Positions 25,502-34,510 are shown, counted from the first letter of the stretch. The stretch is DNA of 53,936 bases from an uncultured Methanosarcinales archaeon (GCA_964556185.1 CAZKVI010000005.1:1-53936); one strand, 5' to 3'. Numbers and translations are program-made. The notes: generated by a model from the sequence alone, not told the origin.

Positions 25502-26578
25502 ATGGATATAGAAACAAAGATGGATCTAATAAGGCAAGTAGGAGAAGAGATCATAACAGAAGAAGATTTAAGGAATGTCTTAGAGACAAAGAAATCTCCT
25601 ATTACATATGATGGGTTTGAACCTTCTGGTGCAAATATCCATATTGCTCAAGGACTTCTTAGGGCAATAAATGTCAATAAGATGACTAAAGCAGGATGTA
25701 AATTCAATATCTTAGTAGCTGATTGGCATGCTTGGGCCAATAATAAGATGGGTGGAGACCTTGAAAAAATACAAAAAGTTGGTAAATATTTAATTGAAGT
25801 TTGGAAGGCTTGTGAGATGGACACAAGCAAAGTAAATTTCCTCTGGGCTTCTGATTTTGCAAAAGATACTAATTATTGGAAAAATGTAATGCAGGTTGCT
25901 AGGAATTCAACTGTAAAACGTATTTTAAGATGTTCTCAAATAATGGGAAGAAGTGAAGATGAGTCATTGCAAGCTTCTCAAATTCTTTATCCTTGTATGC
26001 AGTGTACAGATGTATTTTATCAAAAGTGTGATTTGGTGCAATTAGGAATGGATCAACGTAAGGTGAATATGTTAGCTAGAGAAATTGGACCAAAATTAGG
26101 TTATTGGAAACCAGTTGTTGTTAGCCACCATATGTTAATGGGTCTTGGAGAACCACCAAAGGCAGGTAATGCTGTTGAAAAAGCAATGAAAATGAAAATG
26201 TCTAAATCAAAACCAGACACTGCAATATTTATGACTGATTCTGAAGAAGAAGTTAAGAGAAAAATAAAAAAAGCTTATTGTCCAGAGGGGGTTGTTGAAG
26301 AGAACCCAATTTTGGAGTATTGTAAATTTATTTTGTTTGAGAAATTTGAAACATTGAAAGTAGAGAGGCCTGAGAAATTTGGTGGAAATGCTGAATTTAA
26401 TTCTTATGCAGAATTGGAGGCAAGTTTTGTTAAAAAAGATTTGCATCCAATGGATTTAAAACAGTGTGTGGGTAGTTCCTTGAATAAGTTGCTTGATCCA
26501 ATTAGAAAAAGATTGGAGAAGAATAAAGCAGCACAGAAATTAGCTAAAGAGATTGAATCTTTTGAAGTTACAAGATAA
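25502..26578 (+). CDS. tyrS: Tyrosyl-tRNA synthetase (archaeal type)
   Basis: It resembles archaeal TyrRS over its full length: YDGFEPSG..IHIAQG, LVADWHAW, ILYPCMQ, GMDQRK.NMLARE, KMSKSKP, KIKKAYCPEGVVEENPILEY, ERPEKFGG, LHPMDLK. Confidence 0.9.
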   Translation: MDIETKMDLIRQVGEEIITEEDLRNVLETKKSPITYDGFEPSGANIHIAQGLLRAINVNKMTKAGCKFNILVADWHAWANNKMGGDLEKIQKVGKYLIEVWKACEMDTSKVNFLWASDFAKDTNYWKNVMQVARNSTVKRILRCSQIMGRSEDESLQASQILYPCMQCTDVFYQKCDLVQLGMDQRKVNMLAREIGPKLGYWKPVVVSHHMLMGLGEPPKAGNAVEKAMKMKMSKSKPDTAIFMTDSEEEVKRKIKKAYCPEGVVEENPILEYCKFILFEKFETLKVERPEKFGGNAEFNSYAELEASFVKKDLHPMDLKQCVGSSLNKLLDPIRKRLEKNKAAQKLAKEIESFEVTR

Positions 26579-26596
26579 CTGAGTTGTTGATTAGTA

Positions 26597-27805
26597 TTAT
26601 TTCTTTTGTTCGATGCCCACTAAGCAGAATTCTTTTGTGAAGTATTTCTTTGCAACTCTTGCAATATCTTTTTCAGTGACTTTTTTTACTTTTCTCAAGA
26701 AAGATTGAAGGTTTTTAATGTTATTTTCTGCTTCCCATTCTGTTAATGTATCACAATAAGCTGAGTTGTCTTCAATTGATAATAGGAACTCCCCTTCAAG
26801 GAATGTTTTTGCATCTTTGAGGTCTTTTTTAGTTGTATTTTGTAGTTTTTCAAATTCTTTGAAGATTACTTTTTTTATTTGTTCTAATTTTGACTTATTG
26901 CAATTGAAAAAGATTGCAAAATTGCCTGTATCTATGCTCATTTTGTTATTAATTCCAATGTCGTAAACAAGGCCTCTTTTTGTTCTTACTTCATCAAATA
27001 ATCTACCTGATTGTCCTCTGCTTAGTATTGCATAAATGACTTCTAAAGCATGTGTATCTTTGTGGCCTTTAGGCACTGTTTTATAACCAAGAACATAGTA
27101 AGAATTGCCTGTGTCTTTTTTGACTTTTTTTATTGTCTTTTTTTGTTTTGGTTCTTTAATGGTTTTTCTTTTAGACACTTTGGTTTTTCTCATATCTCCA
27201 AAATATTTCTTGATTAATTTTGTAGGGTTGTTTGTGTTCCCTGAGATTGCAATAACCATGTTATTTGGGGCGTAATATCTATTGAAATAAGAAGTAAGTT
27301 TGTTTTTGGTCATAGATTTTACAACTTGTGTATCCCCATAAGGAGGATACCTTAGCATGTGTTTTTTGTAAAGAAACATATTGAATAAAATCCATTGATA
27401 AGCTCTTGGATCATCATTAATCATGTTTATTTCATCAACTATTATTTTTCTGTTTTTTAGTATTACATCTTGTTTGAATAAAGGATTTTTTATCATATCT
27501 GATAAGATATCCAAAGCTATTTCAAAATGTTTATTTAGGATTTTAATGTAAAAGTAAGTGGCTTCTGGTGTTGTTCCTGCATTAAAGTCTGCTCCATATT
27601 TCTCTATTTCATTAGAAATTTGTAATGTATCTGGTCGATTTTTAGTTCCTTCGAATAAAATATGTTCAAGAAAGTGTGAAATTCCTCTTTCGTTAGGTTT
27701 TTCATCTATAGATCCTACTTTAACACATACTTCAACTGCTACAGAAGCTGTATTTCTTTTTTCATATAGTATTGTTAGACCATTTCTAAGTGTGAATTTT
27801 TTCAT
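26597..27805 (-). CDS. M16-family (pitrilysin-like) zinc peptidase
   Basis: The inverted zinc motif HFLEH lies in GISHFLEHILFEGT. The downstream E is in ...YFYIK. The length and two-lobe organisation are typical of the family. Confidence 0.85.
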   Translation of the reverse strand: MKKFTLRNGLTILYEKRNTASVAVEVCVKVGSIDEKPNERGISHFLEHILFEGTKNRPDTLQISNEIEKYGADFNAGTTPEATYFYIKILNKHFEIALDILSDMIKNPLFKQDVILKNRKIIVDEINMINDDPRAYQWILFNMFLYKKHMLRYPPYGDTQVVKSMTKNKLTSYFNRYYAPNNMVIAISGNTNNPTKLIKKYFGDMRKTKVSKRKTIKEPKQKKTIKKVKKDTGNSYYVLGYKTVPKGHKDTHALEVIYAILSRGQSGRLFDEVRTKRGLVYDIGINNKMSIDTGNFAIFFNCNKSKLEQIKKVIFKEFEKLQNTTKKDLKDAKTFLEGEFLLSIEDNSAYCDTLTEWEAENNIKNLQSFLRKVKKVTEKDIARVAKKYFTKEFCLVGIEQKK

Positions 27806-27816
27806 AAGGCTAAATA

Positions 27817-27834
27817 GAAAGGATTATATATTTA
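27817..27834. promoter_or_regulatory. Single AT-rich TATA-like element shared by two divergent, closely spaced genes
   Basis: The sequence gaaaggattatatattta sits about 23 nt from ATG 27805 (minus) and about 19-25 nt from ATG 27847/27853 (plus). The whole spacer is only 41-47 nt. Confidence 0.45.
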
Positions 27835-27846
27835 AAGATTCTGGAT

Positions 27847-28905
27847 ATGTATATGAATAAAGAATTTGCTGATAGGGTGCAGAAGTTTCAGAAAGAACTT
27901 AGAAAGAAAAAGATTGATGTTGCTTTATTTGTTAATTTGAAAGATACTTGTTCAGGTGTTTTTTATTTTTCTGGAGTTGATGTAGAAGGAGTTTATTTAG
28001 TTATTCCGAAGAAAGGCAAGGCTGTTTTGTATTGTGTTGAGATGCAGTATGAAATGGTGAAGAAGAAAAGTGGAGTGAAAGTTGTTAAATTAAAGCAGCG
28101 GTTTTTGAAAGAATGTGGAAAGTTAAAAGGAAGAATTGGTGTGAATAAAGAAGTTTTGAGTGTTAAAGTGTTTGATAAATTGAAAAAAGAGATTAGAAAA
28201 AGTGTTAAAAAGGTTAGTTTTGTTGATGTTTCTGGTATTTTAGGAGAGTTAAGAAAAATTAAAACAAAAAAAGAGATTTTTTATGTGAAAAAAGCTTGCA
28301 AAATTGTTGATAAGATTTTTATGAAGTTGAGAAGAAGGTTTTCAAAGTTTAAGACTGAGATGGATGTTGTTGAGTTTATTGAAAATGAGGTTAAGAAGGA
28401 AGGTGTTGAGTTGGCTTTTCCTGTGATTGTTGCTTCTGGTAAAAATGCTTCTATGCCCCATTATTCTCCTAAAAAAGTTAAGCTTAGAAAGGGTTTTTGT
28501 GTAATTGATTTTGGAGTAAAGTACAAAGGATATTGTTGTGATATATCAAGAACTGTTTATATTGGAAAGCCCAGTAAGAAAGAAGTTAGTGTTTATGAAG
28601 CTGTTTTAGGTGTTCAGGAAGAGTGCATTAATAGGTTAAAAGTTGGAGTTAAATTTAAGTCTGTTGATAAGTTTTCTAGGTCTAAATGGAAGTATCCGCA
28701 TGCACTTGGTCATGGTGTTGGAATTGAGATCCATGAAAAACCAAAGTTTAATGGTTTGGATAAGGTTGAGAAAGGAATGGTTTTTGCAGTTGAGCCAGCT
28801 ATTTATAGATCTGGAAAATATGGTATTAGGATTGAGGATACTTGTGTTGTTGATAAAGGTTGTAAGGCCATTACAATGGCTTCTAAGAAGTTGTTTTGTG
28901 TTTGA
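27847..28905 (+). CDS. M24-family Xaa-Pro aminopeptidase/dipeptidase
   Basis: The pita-bread fold metal ligands are in DFGVKYKGYCCDISRT, HALGHGVGIEIHE and FAVEPAIY...IRIEDT. ATG 27853 is an alternative start. Confidence 0.85.
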   Translation: MYMNKEFADRVQKFQKELRKKKIDVALFVNLKDTCSGVFYFSGVDVEGVYLVIPKKGKAVLYCVEMQYEMVKKKSGVKVVKLKQRFLKECGKLKGRIGVNKEVLSVKVFDKLKKEIRKSVKKVSFVDVSGILGELRKIKTKKEIFYVKKACKIVDKIFMKLRRRFSKFKTEMDVVEFIENEVKKEGVELAFPVIVASGKNASMPHYSPKKVKLRKGFCVIDFGVKYKGYCCDISRTVYIGKPSKKEVSVYEAVLGVQEECINRLKVGVKFKSVDKFSRSKWKYPHALGHGVGIEIHEKPKFNGLDKVEKGMVFAVEPAIYRSGKYGIRIEDTCVVDKGCKAITMASKKLFCV

Positions 28906-28908
28906 GTA

Positions 28909-28930
28909 TATAGACTACATATAGTCTATA
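28909..28930 (+). terminator. 9-bp perfect hairpin immediately after the aminopeptidase stop
   Basis: The stem is tatagacta (28909-28917) with tagtctata (28922-28930), and the loop is cata. Only a weak T-run follows (gtttt). Confidence 0.3.
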
Positions 28931-29094
28931 GCGTAAGTTTTAGTGTTTCTAATGCTTTCTTTGTTATTGAGGTAAATGAATAGCTCCAAAATGAAGAAAA
29001 AAGTAGGAGAAGGGCTGTAAGGCCTGGATTTGTAGGATAGAGGTAACTATATATGTTAGATTGGTAGAATAACCACTCTAAAGTGATTAAAAAA

Positions 29095-29110
29095 CGAAAG
29101 GTTTATATAT
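29095..29110 (+). promoter_or_regulatory. BRE/TATA box of the large orphan gene
   Basis: The sequence cgaaaggtttatatat is near-identical to the PAN promoter element at 32122-32138. An SD-like gaggt (29135-29139) precedes ATG 29146. Confidence 0.5.
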
Positions 29111-29145
29111 GATTGAATATTTGCAATTCAAATAGAGGTAATATT

Positions 29146-32043
29146 ATGACTAAGAGTAATGTGACAGATTTTTTAAAGAGACACCCAAGAGGAGGTAGTT
29201 CTGAACCTGCTGAAACAAGTAGAGCGCCTGCTACTGTTGATAATCCTGCTTCTGAAGAAAGTGCTGAGCCTGCACAAGAAGAAGCACCATCCACATCTAC
29301 AGAAGGTGGATTAATATATCGTCTTCAAACATATCTTCATGAAAGAGTTGGTTTTGTTCCTGCGCCTGCTGGTTATGTTGCAGATGAAGAAGGGGAACTT
29401 GAAACTGCTGTTCAAACAGAAGGGAGTACACCTGGAGAAGCAGGTGGTGCAGGTAGGGGTGATGAAAATGGAGAAGCAACCACTACAACTGGAGAAGAGG
29501 TGGCAGCTGATGAACAACAAACTGATGTTGAAGAACCCTCTCCTGCTGCAAAAAAAAGAATTCCTGCTTTAGAAACAATAATTGGTGCAGGTCTTGCTCC
29601 ATCTATAGCAATAACATTAGCAGCTAATGCAGACCATGATAGATATTTATGTGAAAGATTTGGTGAAGCACTTGGATTGCCAGGTGAATTAATTTATGTT
29701 GGAAAACTTGCCACTGGTGCAGTTTATGGTGCAGTTGGAGGAGCACTATATCTTGGGTTAGATGGATTATATAATAAAGAATTTCCTGATTTTGGAAAAA
29801 ATAGAGTTAGTGAATATTTATTGAAATTTGATAAAGTAGGTAGTTTTGCTTCAGAAGTAATTGAACGTGGTGGAAGAGGCAGTATTTATGCAGCTAAATA
29901 TGGTGCAGCTGGTTTTGCTATTTCTCAATTAATTGGTTTGACTGGAGTGTATGGTTTTTGGACAACATTGGGTGTTGGTGCAGCAACATTAGGAGGAATG
30001 GCTACTGGAGCAGTGGTTGGTGCAGTTAAAAACCAAAATGTTCCTTGGGAAAATGAAGAGGGATATATAAAAAGAGAATGGCCGAAAGTTGCAAGCGGCG
30101 CTGGAAAAATATTAGCAGGTGTGGCTACTTTAGGTTTTATGTATTTGGCAGCTAAACAAGGTGCTGATTATTTATTGCCTGAAAATGGTGGGCCCCTTAA
30201 TGTTGGTAGAGCAGGTTTAGACTTTGTTTATACTCTTGCATTAGGTGGACTTGGTTATATTTCTGCTGTGACTTTATGGAATAAAGGAGAAGATCAAACT
30301 ATTGAAAACTCTGAGGAGAAAGAGAAAAAGGAAAGTGTTAAATTAGGATATAGTCCAGAAACCCATACATATTTCGGAAAAGTTGGTGATGGGCCAGTTA
30401 CTAAATTTGGTGTATTTTTGAGTCCTCTTTCCCAAGGTGGGACAGAAAGTTGTAGTGATGAGGAGTTCATAGAATCAGTTAGAGAAACAAATAGGGAAGA
30501 AGGCACAAGAGGGGGGGAGTTAAAGTTTGGGATTCCTGCATCTCAATTTAATGTATTAGAACATGAAGAAGAATATGATGGAAGAGTTAAAGAAGAAAGA
30601 GACCTTAAGTGGGTTGGAGAACCTGGAACTGAGAGGCCCCTTTATGAAGAAATTCCTAATGCTCCTGTGATTGATAGGGGATATGGTGCAGCAAGTATAG
30701 ATACTTTAATTTCTAATCCTGAAAAAACCACAGTTACAAGTGAAGGAGAATTATTAGGCCCAGGCACTGAAAGAGAGTATAGTTTATTTGTAACAGAATT
30801 AATCAGAGAACTTTTCTTTAGAGATGCAAGTACAAAGAGAACCAGAGATAGTTTCTTAGAACAACTTCTAGAAAGAGATGGAAAGATTGAAGAAGATGTG
30901 GGAAGAGGTTCAAAAGTAGATGTAGGAACTGGAAGAATTACACAAACTGTATATGATATTAATAAAAAAGGAGATACTAAGAATGATGAAGGACACTATA
31001 TTAATTTTGATGAGGCTGCAGAAGTCTATGTAGAAACTGATGTTAGTGGAAATAGAGAACACGCAAGCATTAAAGTTGAAGTAACAAATGGTAAAACAAT
31101 AGATAAAGAAGGGGAGTTAGAAGAACACTCAAAATATGCTGTTCAAATTGATATTGATAGCACATATGATCCAGAAAGAGTTATGGGCGCTGTTAAAACT
31201 GCTCTTGAAAAAGTCTATGAAAAAACAAGAGAAGAATTTGGAACAGTTGAAGTAAACGCAGGAAACAATTATTTTAGTGTAAAACCAGAAGAGGCCCCAG
31301 AATTAAAAAGAAAGGATTTAGTTAGAGGTAACATATTAAGTAAAATTTTGAGAGTTGCAAGTGTTCCTGCAATGGCTATTTGTTCATTAGTTGGTTTTGG
31401 TAGTATTGTTAGTACTGATCTTGGAACTTTTTATCATGGTGCTAGGTGCAGTGATATTGATGACATAATTGATGAAAGTGATGAGTGTTATTCTGTTGGT
31501 GAAGCAAGTGCCTTACTTAATAGTGGAAATTTAGAAGCAAGTAGAGGAGAATTGGGGGAATTTGTTAGTGAACACCCAGGAAGAAGTTATAGACCTGTAA
31601 CTGGTGTTCTTGAAGCAAGAGCTTATGTAGCTGAAGAAGCACAACTTGTAATGGTAGGAGAAATAGAAACTGCTGACTATAGTGATGAACTAACTAAAGT
31701 TAGAAGAGCAAAGAAAAAGGCATTGCCAGGCAGCAGAGTTAGAAGTCAAATTAAGAAATATCAAAGATCTTTAGAATTTGCTCAAGAACATCCTGATAGA
31801 GTGTATGTTATACAAAATGGAGACATCGATGGGGCAATTGATCCTGATACAATTGCAAATGATATCGCTGGAAACTTATTAGCAAGCCAAGATAGTAGAT
31901 ATATTATGAATAGCCAAACAGAATTAGCTCAAAAGATTAATGATGCTAATGATAATTTTAAAGTTGTTAGAGAAGGAGACTATTATACTAATGGTGTTGG
32001 TTTTGTTGTAGCATTACCTGTTTCTGACAACCCAGTAGAATAA
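29146..32043 (+). CDS. Large (966 aa) orphan membrane protein: acidic disordered N-terminus, glycine-zipper TM bundle, two soluble regions split by a further TM helix
   Basis: The ORF is long and uninterrupted. Its TM candidates are rich in GxxxG/A, for example GKLATGAVYGAVGGALYLGL, GLTGVYGFWTTLGVGAATLGGMATGAVVGAV, ILAGVATLGFMYLAA and LALGGLGYISAVTLW. A late TM is VASVPAMAICSLVGFGSIVS. No family was recognised. The ORF track start at 29113 was replaced by ATG 29146 with an SD. Confidence 0.7.
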   Translation: MTKSNVTDFLKRHPRGGSSEPAETSRAPATVDNPASEESAEPAQEEAPSTSTEGGLIYRLQTYLHERVGFVPAPAGYVADEEGELETAVQTEGSTPGEAGGAGRGDENGEATTTTGEEVAADEQQTDVEEPSPAAKKRIPALETIIGAGLAPSIAITLAANADHDRYLCERFGEALGLPGELIYVGKLATGAVYGAVGGALYLGLDGLYNKEFPDFGKNRVSEYLLKFDKVGSFASEVIERGGRGSIYAAKYGAAGFAISQLIGLTGVYGFWTTLGVGAATLGGMATGAVVGAVKNQNVPWENEEGYIKREWPKVASGAGKILAGVATLGFMYLAAKQGADYLLPENGGPLNVGRAGLDFVYTLALGGLGYISAVTLWNKGEDQTIENSEEKEKKESVKLGYSPETHTYFGKVGDGPVTKFGVFLSPLSQGGTESCSDEEFIESVRETNREEGTRGGELKFGIPASQFNVLEHEEEYDGRVKEERDLKWVGEPGTERPLYEEIPNAPVIDRGYGAASIDTLISNPEKTTVTSEGELLGPGTEREYSLFVTELIRELFFRDASTKRTRDSFLEQLLERDGKIEEDVGRGSKVDVGTGRITQTVYDINKKGDTKNDEGHYINFDEAAEVYVETDVSGNREHASIKVEVTNGKTIDKEGELEEHSKYAVQIDIDSTYDPERVMGAVKTALEKVYEKTREEFGTVEVNAGNNYFSVKPEEAPELKRKDLVRGNILSKILRVASVPAMAICSLVGFGSIVSTDLGTFYHGARCSDIDDIIDESDECYSVGEASALLNSGNLEASRGELGEFVSEHPGRSYRPVTGVLEARAYVAEEAQLVMVGEIETADYSDELTKVRRAKKKALPGSRVRSQIKKYQRSLEFAQEHPDRVYVIQNGDIDGAIDPDTIANDIAGNLLASQDSRYIMNSQTELAQKINDANDNFKVVREGDYYTNGVGFVVALPVSDNPVE

Positions 32044-32121
32044 GCATTTTCTTAATTGTAATAAGTTGCAGAGGCAAATAGAAATTATAACATTTAACTA
32101 TTGTGCCATTTGATTAATTTA

Positions 32122-32138
32122 CGAAAGCTTTATATATG
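32122..32138 (+). promoter_or_regulatory. BRE/TATA box of the PAN gene (leaderless spacing)
   Basis: The sequence cgaaagctttatatatg is centred about 25 nt upstream of ATG 32158. Confidence 0.5.
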
Positions 32139-32157
32139 CTGTAGTAGTCCCATACTT

Positions 32158-33300
32158 ATGACAACTGAATCTAAGAATGCATTAGAATCTGTAATGTTTA
32201 GTTATACTACTGACTCTGCTAGGATAGAAACAGAAAATAAATTATTAAAAGAAACAATTTCTCAATTGCAAAAAGAGATTAAAAGATTTAAAACTCCTGC
32301 ATTAATGGTTTGTGAAGTTGCTGATGTTATTGGAGAGAATGCAATTGTAAAAACACCAAATGGAAATAAATTCTTTGTTTCAATATCTCATGAATGTAAA
32401 AATCTTGAGCCTGGAGAGACTGTTTTGGCAGAGCAAAAAAATCTTACAATAATAAAAAAGATTGATAGTGATAAAAAGTTTGATGTTGAAAAGTTTGTTA
32501 TCATGGAAAAACCAAATTTAAAATGGAAGGATGTTGGTGGATTAGATAAACAAATACAAGAAATAAAAGAAGTTATTGAATTGCCATTAAAAAAACCTAA
32601 GTTGTTTGATAAAGTTGGTATTCAACCACCAAAAGGTATTTTATTATATGGTCCTCCTGGAACTGGAAAGACTATTTTGGCTAAAGCGGTTGCTGCATCT
32701 ACTAACTCAACATTTATTGAGATTGTTGGTTCAGAACTTGTCCAGAAATTTATTGGAGAAGGAGCTAAATTAGTTAAAGAAGTATTTCAACTTGCCAGAG
32801 AAAAGGCACCTGCAGTTGTATTTATAGATGAGATTGATGCATTGGCTGCAAAAAGAATCGAGATTGGTACTTCTGGTGAAAGAGAAGTACAAAGAACTTT
32901 TATGCAATTTTTAGCAGAATTAGATGGTTTCAAACCATTAGGGAATGTTAAAGTTATTGGGTGTACAAATAGAAAAGATATTTTAGATCCTGCTATTTTG
33001 AGGCCAGGTAGATTAGACAGATTAATTAAGGTGCCTTTACCAACAAAAGAAGGTATTGAAGAAGTATTTAAAATACACACAAGAAAGATGGCCATTGATA
33101 AAAAGATTAATATGAAGAAATTGTTTAAAGAGCTTGCTGGCTTTTCAGGAGCTGAAATAAAAGCTGTATGTACAGAAGCAGGATATTTTGCAATTAGGAA
33201 AAACAGAACAAAAATAAAAGAAAAAGATTTATTTGATGGCATTAAAAAAGTAAAGCAAAAAGAAGAAGAGAGTAAAGATTATATTAAGATGTTTGGCTAG
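32158..33300 (+). CDS. pan: Proteasome-activating nucleotidase (AAA+ ATPase)
   Basis: An N-terminal coiled coil and OB region precede Walker A GPPGTGKT and Walker B VVFIDEIDA. It also has the second region of homology and a hydrophobic-Tyr-X-like C-terminus. The ORF track start at TTG 32101 was replaced by ATG 32158. Confidence 0.9.
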   Translation: MTTESKNALESVMFSYTTDSARIETENKLLKETISQLQKEIKRFKTPALMVCEVADVIGENAIVKTPNGNKFFVSISHECKNLEPGETVLAEQKNLTIIKKIDSDKKFDVEKFVIMEKPNLKWKDVGGLDKQIQEIKEVIELPLKKPKLFDKVGIQPPKGILLYGPPGTGKTILAKAVAASTNSTFIEIVGSELVQKFIGEGAKLVKEVFQLAREKAPAVVFIDEIDALAAKRIEIGTSGEREVQRTFMQFLAELDGFKPLGNVKVIGCTNRKDILDPAILRPGRLDRLIKVPLPTKEGIEEVFKIHTRKMAIDKKINMKKLFKELAGFSGAEIKAVCTEAGYFAIRKNRTKIKEKDLFDGIKKVKQKEEESKDYIKMFG

Positions 33301-33358
33301 GTTAGGTTTGTTGTAGTTTATTATTTCTATGATGTGTTATAATTTAATTTAGAAAAGA

Positions 33359-33429
33359 GCATGCTCAGGAGTTACTTCCGTATTTCACTGGCCGGAGCCT
33401 CAATTGGTGTTCACTTCTTCACGGCATGC
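33359..33429 (-). ncRNA. Candidate structured small RNA with a C/D-box-like layout
   Basis: This is a GC-rich 71-nt island in an AT-rich spacer. The minus-strand reading is GCAUGCC-GUGAAGA-(12 nt)-UUGA-(11 nt)-GUGAAAU-(13 nt)-CUGA-GCAUGC. The terminal 6-bp stem is GCAUGC with GCAUGC. The C box has 1 mismatch, the D box is perfect, and C' and D' are degenerate. Confidence 0.35.
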
Positions 33430-33499
33430 AGTATTAAAGATAAGAAGAGAAGTATATAAGGGTTGTGGTCAATTTTAATAAATTAGTAAAGAATAGAAG

Positions 33500-34510
33500 T
33501 TATTTAGAAATCTCAAAATCAATACAAATCCTATATGTTTTTGGAGCAAGTTGCCCGCATTTAATGAAATTTAATAATTTAAGTTTCCAACCTAGTTTAT
33601 TTGTTAGTGCTTCTGTATTAGCCAGAACTTCATCAAATTTATCTTCTTCAGAAAATGCATAAAGATGAATTATTGTGCCGGGTTTTGCACATAAGAATGC
33701 TGTATCAAGGAATTCATTATAACTTTTAGGCAAAGGCATTACAATTCTATCAAATTTCTTATCTAGTGTTGGAATTATTTCGCGAACATCGCTGTTGAAA
33801 AGTTGGGCATTAGTTATTTTGTTTAGTTTTAAGTTTTCTAAACCATATTTGTGGCCGTCTGGGTTTATTTCTATCCCATAAACTTCTTTTGCTTCTGTGT
33901 TTTTTGCAAAAACACAAACATACGGTGCATTTCCTGAAAACATTACAAGAATAGATTCATTTGGTTTAATCTGTTGTGTAATTCTCTTACGCTCTGTTGA
34001 AAGTCTTGGAGAATAGTATACTTTTTCAATATCTAACTTTAGCCTTACATTATTTTCTTTGTGAATTGTTTCTTTTTTATCTTCTCCTGCTAAGACTATT
34101 ACATTTTGTGTTCGAAAAGTTCCGTGATGTGGTCCATGTTTTCTTACAACTGTTTTTATAGTTTTGTGGCTTTCTAATAAGGCTTGTGCAATTTGTGTTT
34201 CTTTTGATCTTAAGAAGGCATCAATTTCTAAGATTGCTATATCTCCAACAATATCAAATGCGGTTTTTACTTTTTCTAATTCCTCTTTAGTTAGGAAGGA
34301 TTTTAATTTCTCTTTAAATGGATCTTCTTTTTCATATCTTTTAAGGTCTTTATTTACTAGTTCATATTCTGTTGAAAATTCTTCATTTATTGGAATATAA
34401 ATGTGTGTAGAATCTGTTTCTACTTTGTATTGTTTATCAAAAAGATTTGCATCTATTAGAAATTCTTTAACTTCTTGTGCTTTTTCTAAAGGTACTTTAA
34501 TTGCTAACAT
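33500..34510 (-). CDS. trm5: Trm5/Taw22-type tRNA (guanine37-N1)-methyltransferase (Met-10+ family)
   Basis: An N-terminal D1-like domain precedes the Met-10+ core (AFDIVGDIAILEI...VYYSPRLSTER.RI...E.ILVMFSG.APY). The class I MTase C-terminus contains MPLPKS. Confidence 0.8.
   Translation of the reverse strand: MLAIKVPLEKAQEVKEFLIDANLFDKQYKVETDSTHIYIPINEEFSTEYELVNKDLKRYEKEDPFKEKLKSFLTKEELEKVKTAFDIVGDIAILEIDAFLRSKETQIAQALLESHKTIKTVVRKHGPHHGTFRTQNVIVLAGEDKKETIHKENNVRLKLDIEKVYYSPRLSTERKRITQQIKPNESILVMFSGNAPYVCVFAKNTEAKEVYGIEINPDGHKYGLENLKLNKITNAQLFNSDVREIIPTLDKKFDRIVMPLPKSYNEFLDTAFLCAKPGTIIHLYAFSEEDKFDEVLANTEALTNKLGWKLKLLNFIKCGQLAPKTYRICIDFEISK

Noticed and set aside
25420-25554. A 45-codon N-terminal extension of the ABC ATPase ORF overlapping the tyrS start.
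   Set aside because: The extension is hydrophobic, low-complexity translated spacer. The canonical ABC N-terminus begins at MGPLISFQGIHKGFG (ATG 25419). Keeping the extension would bury the tyrS promoter and start inside a CDS.
29146-29560. The GC-rich start of the orphan gene, considered as a separate RNA gene or an inserted foreign fragment.
   Set aside because: The reading frame is continuous with the remaining 2.5 kb. The GC rise is explained by the Ala/Pro/Gly/Glu-rich disordered N-terminus, and no flanking repeats were seen.
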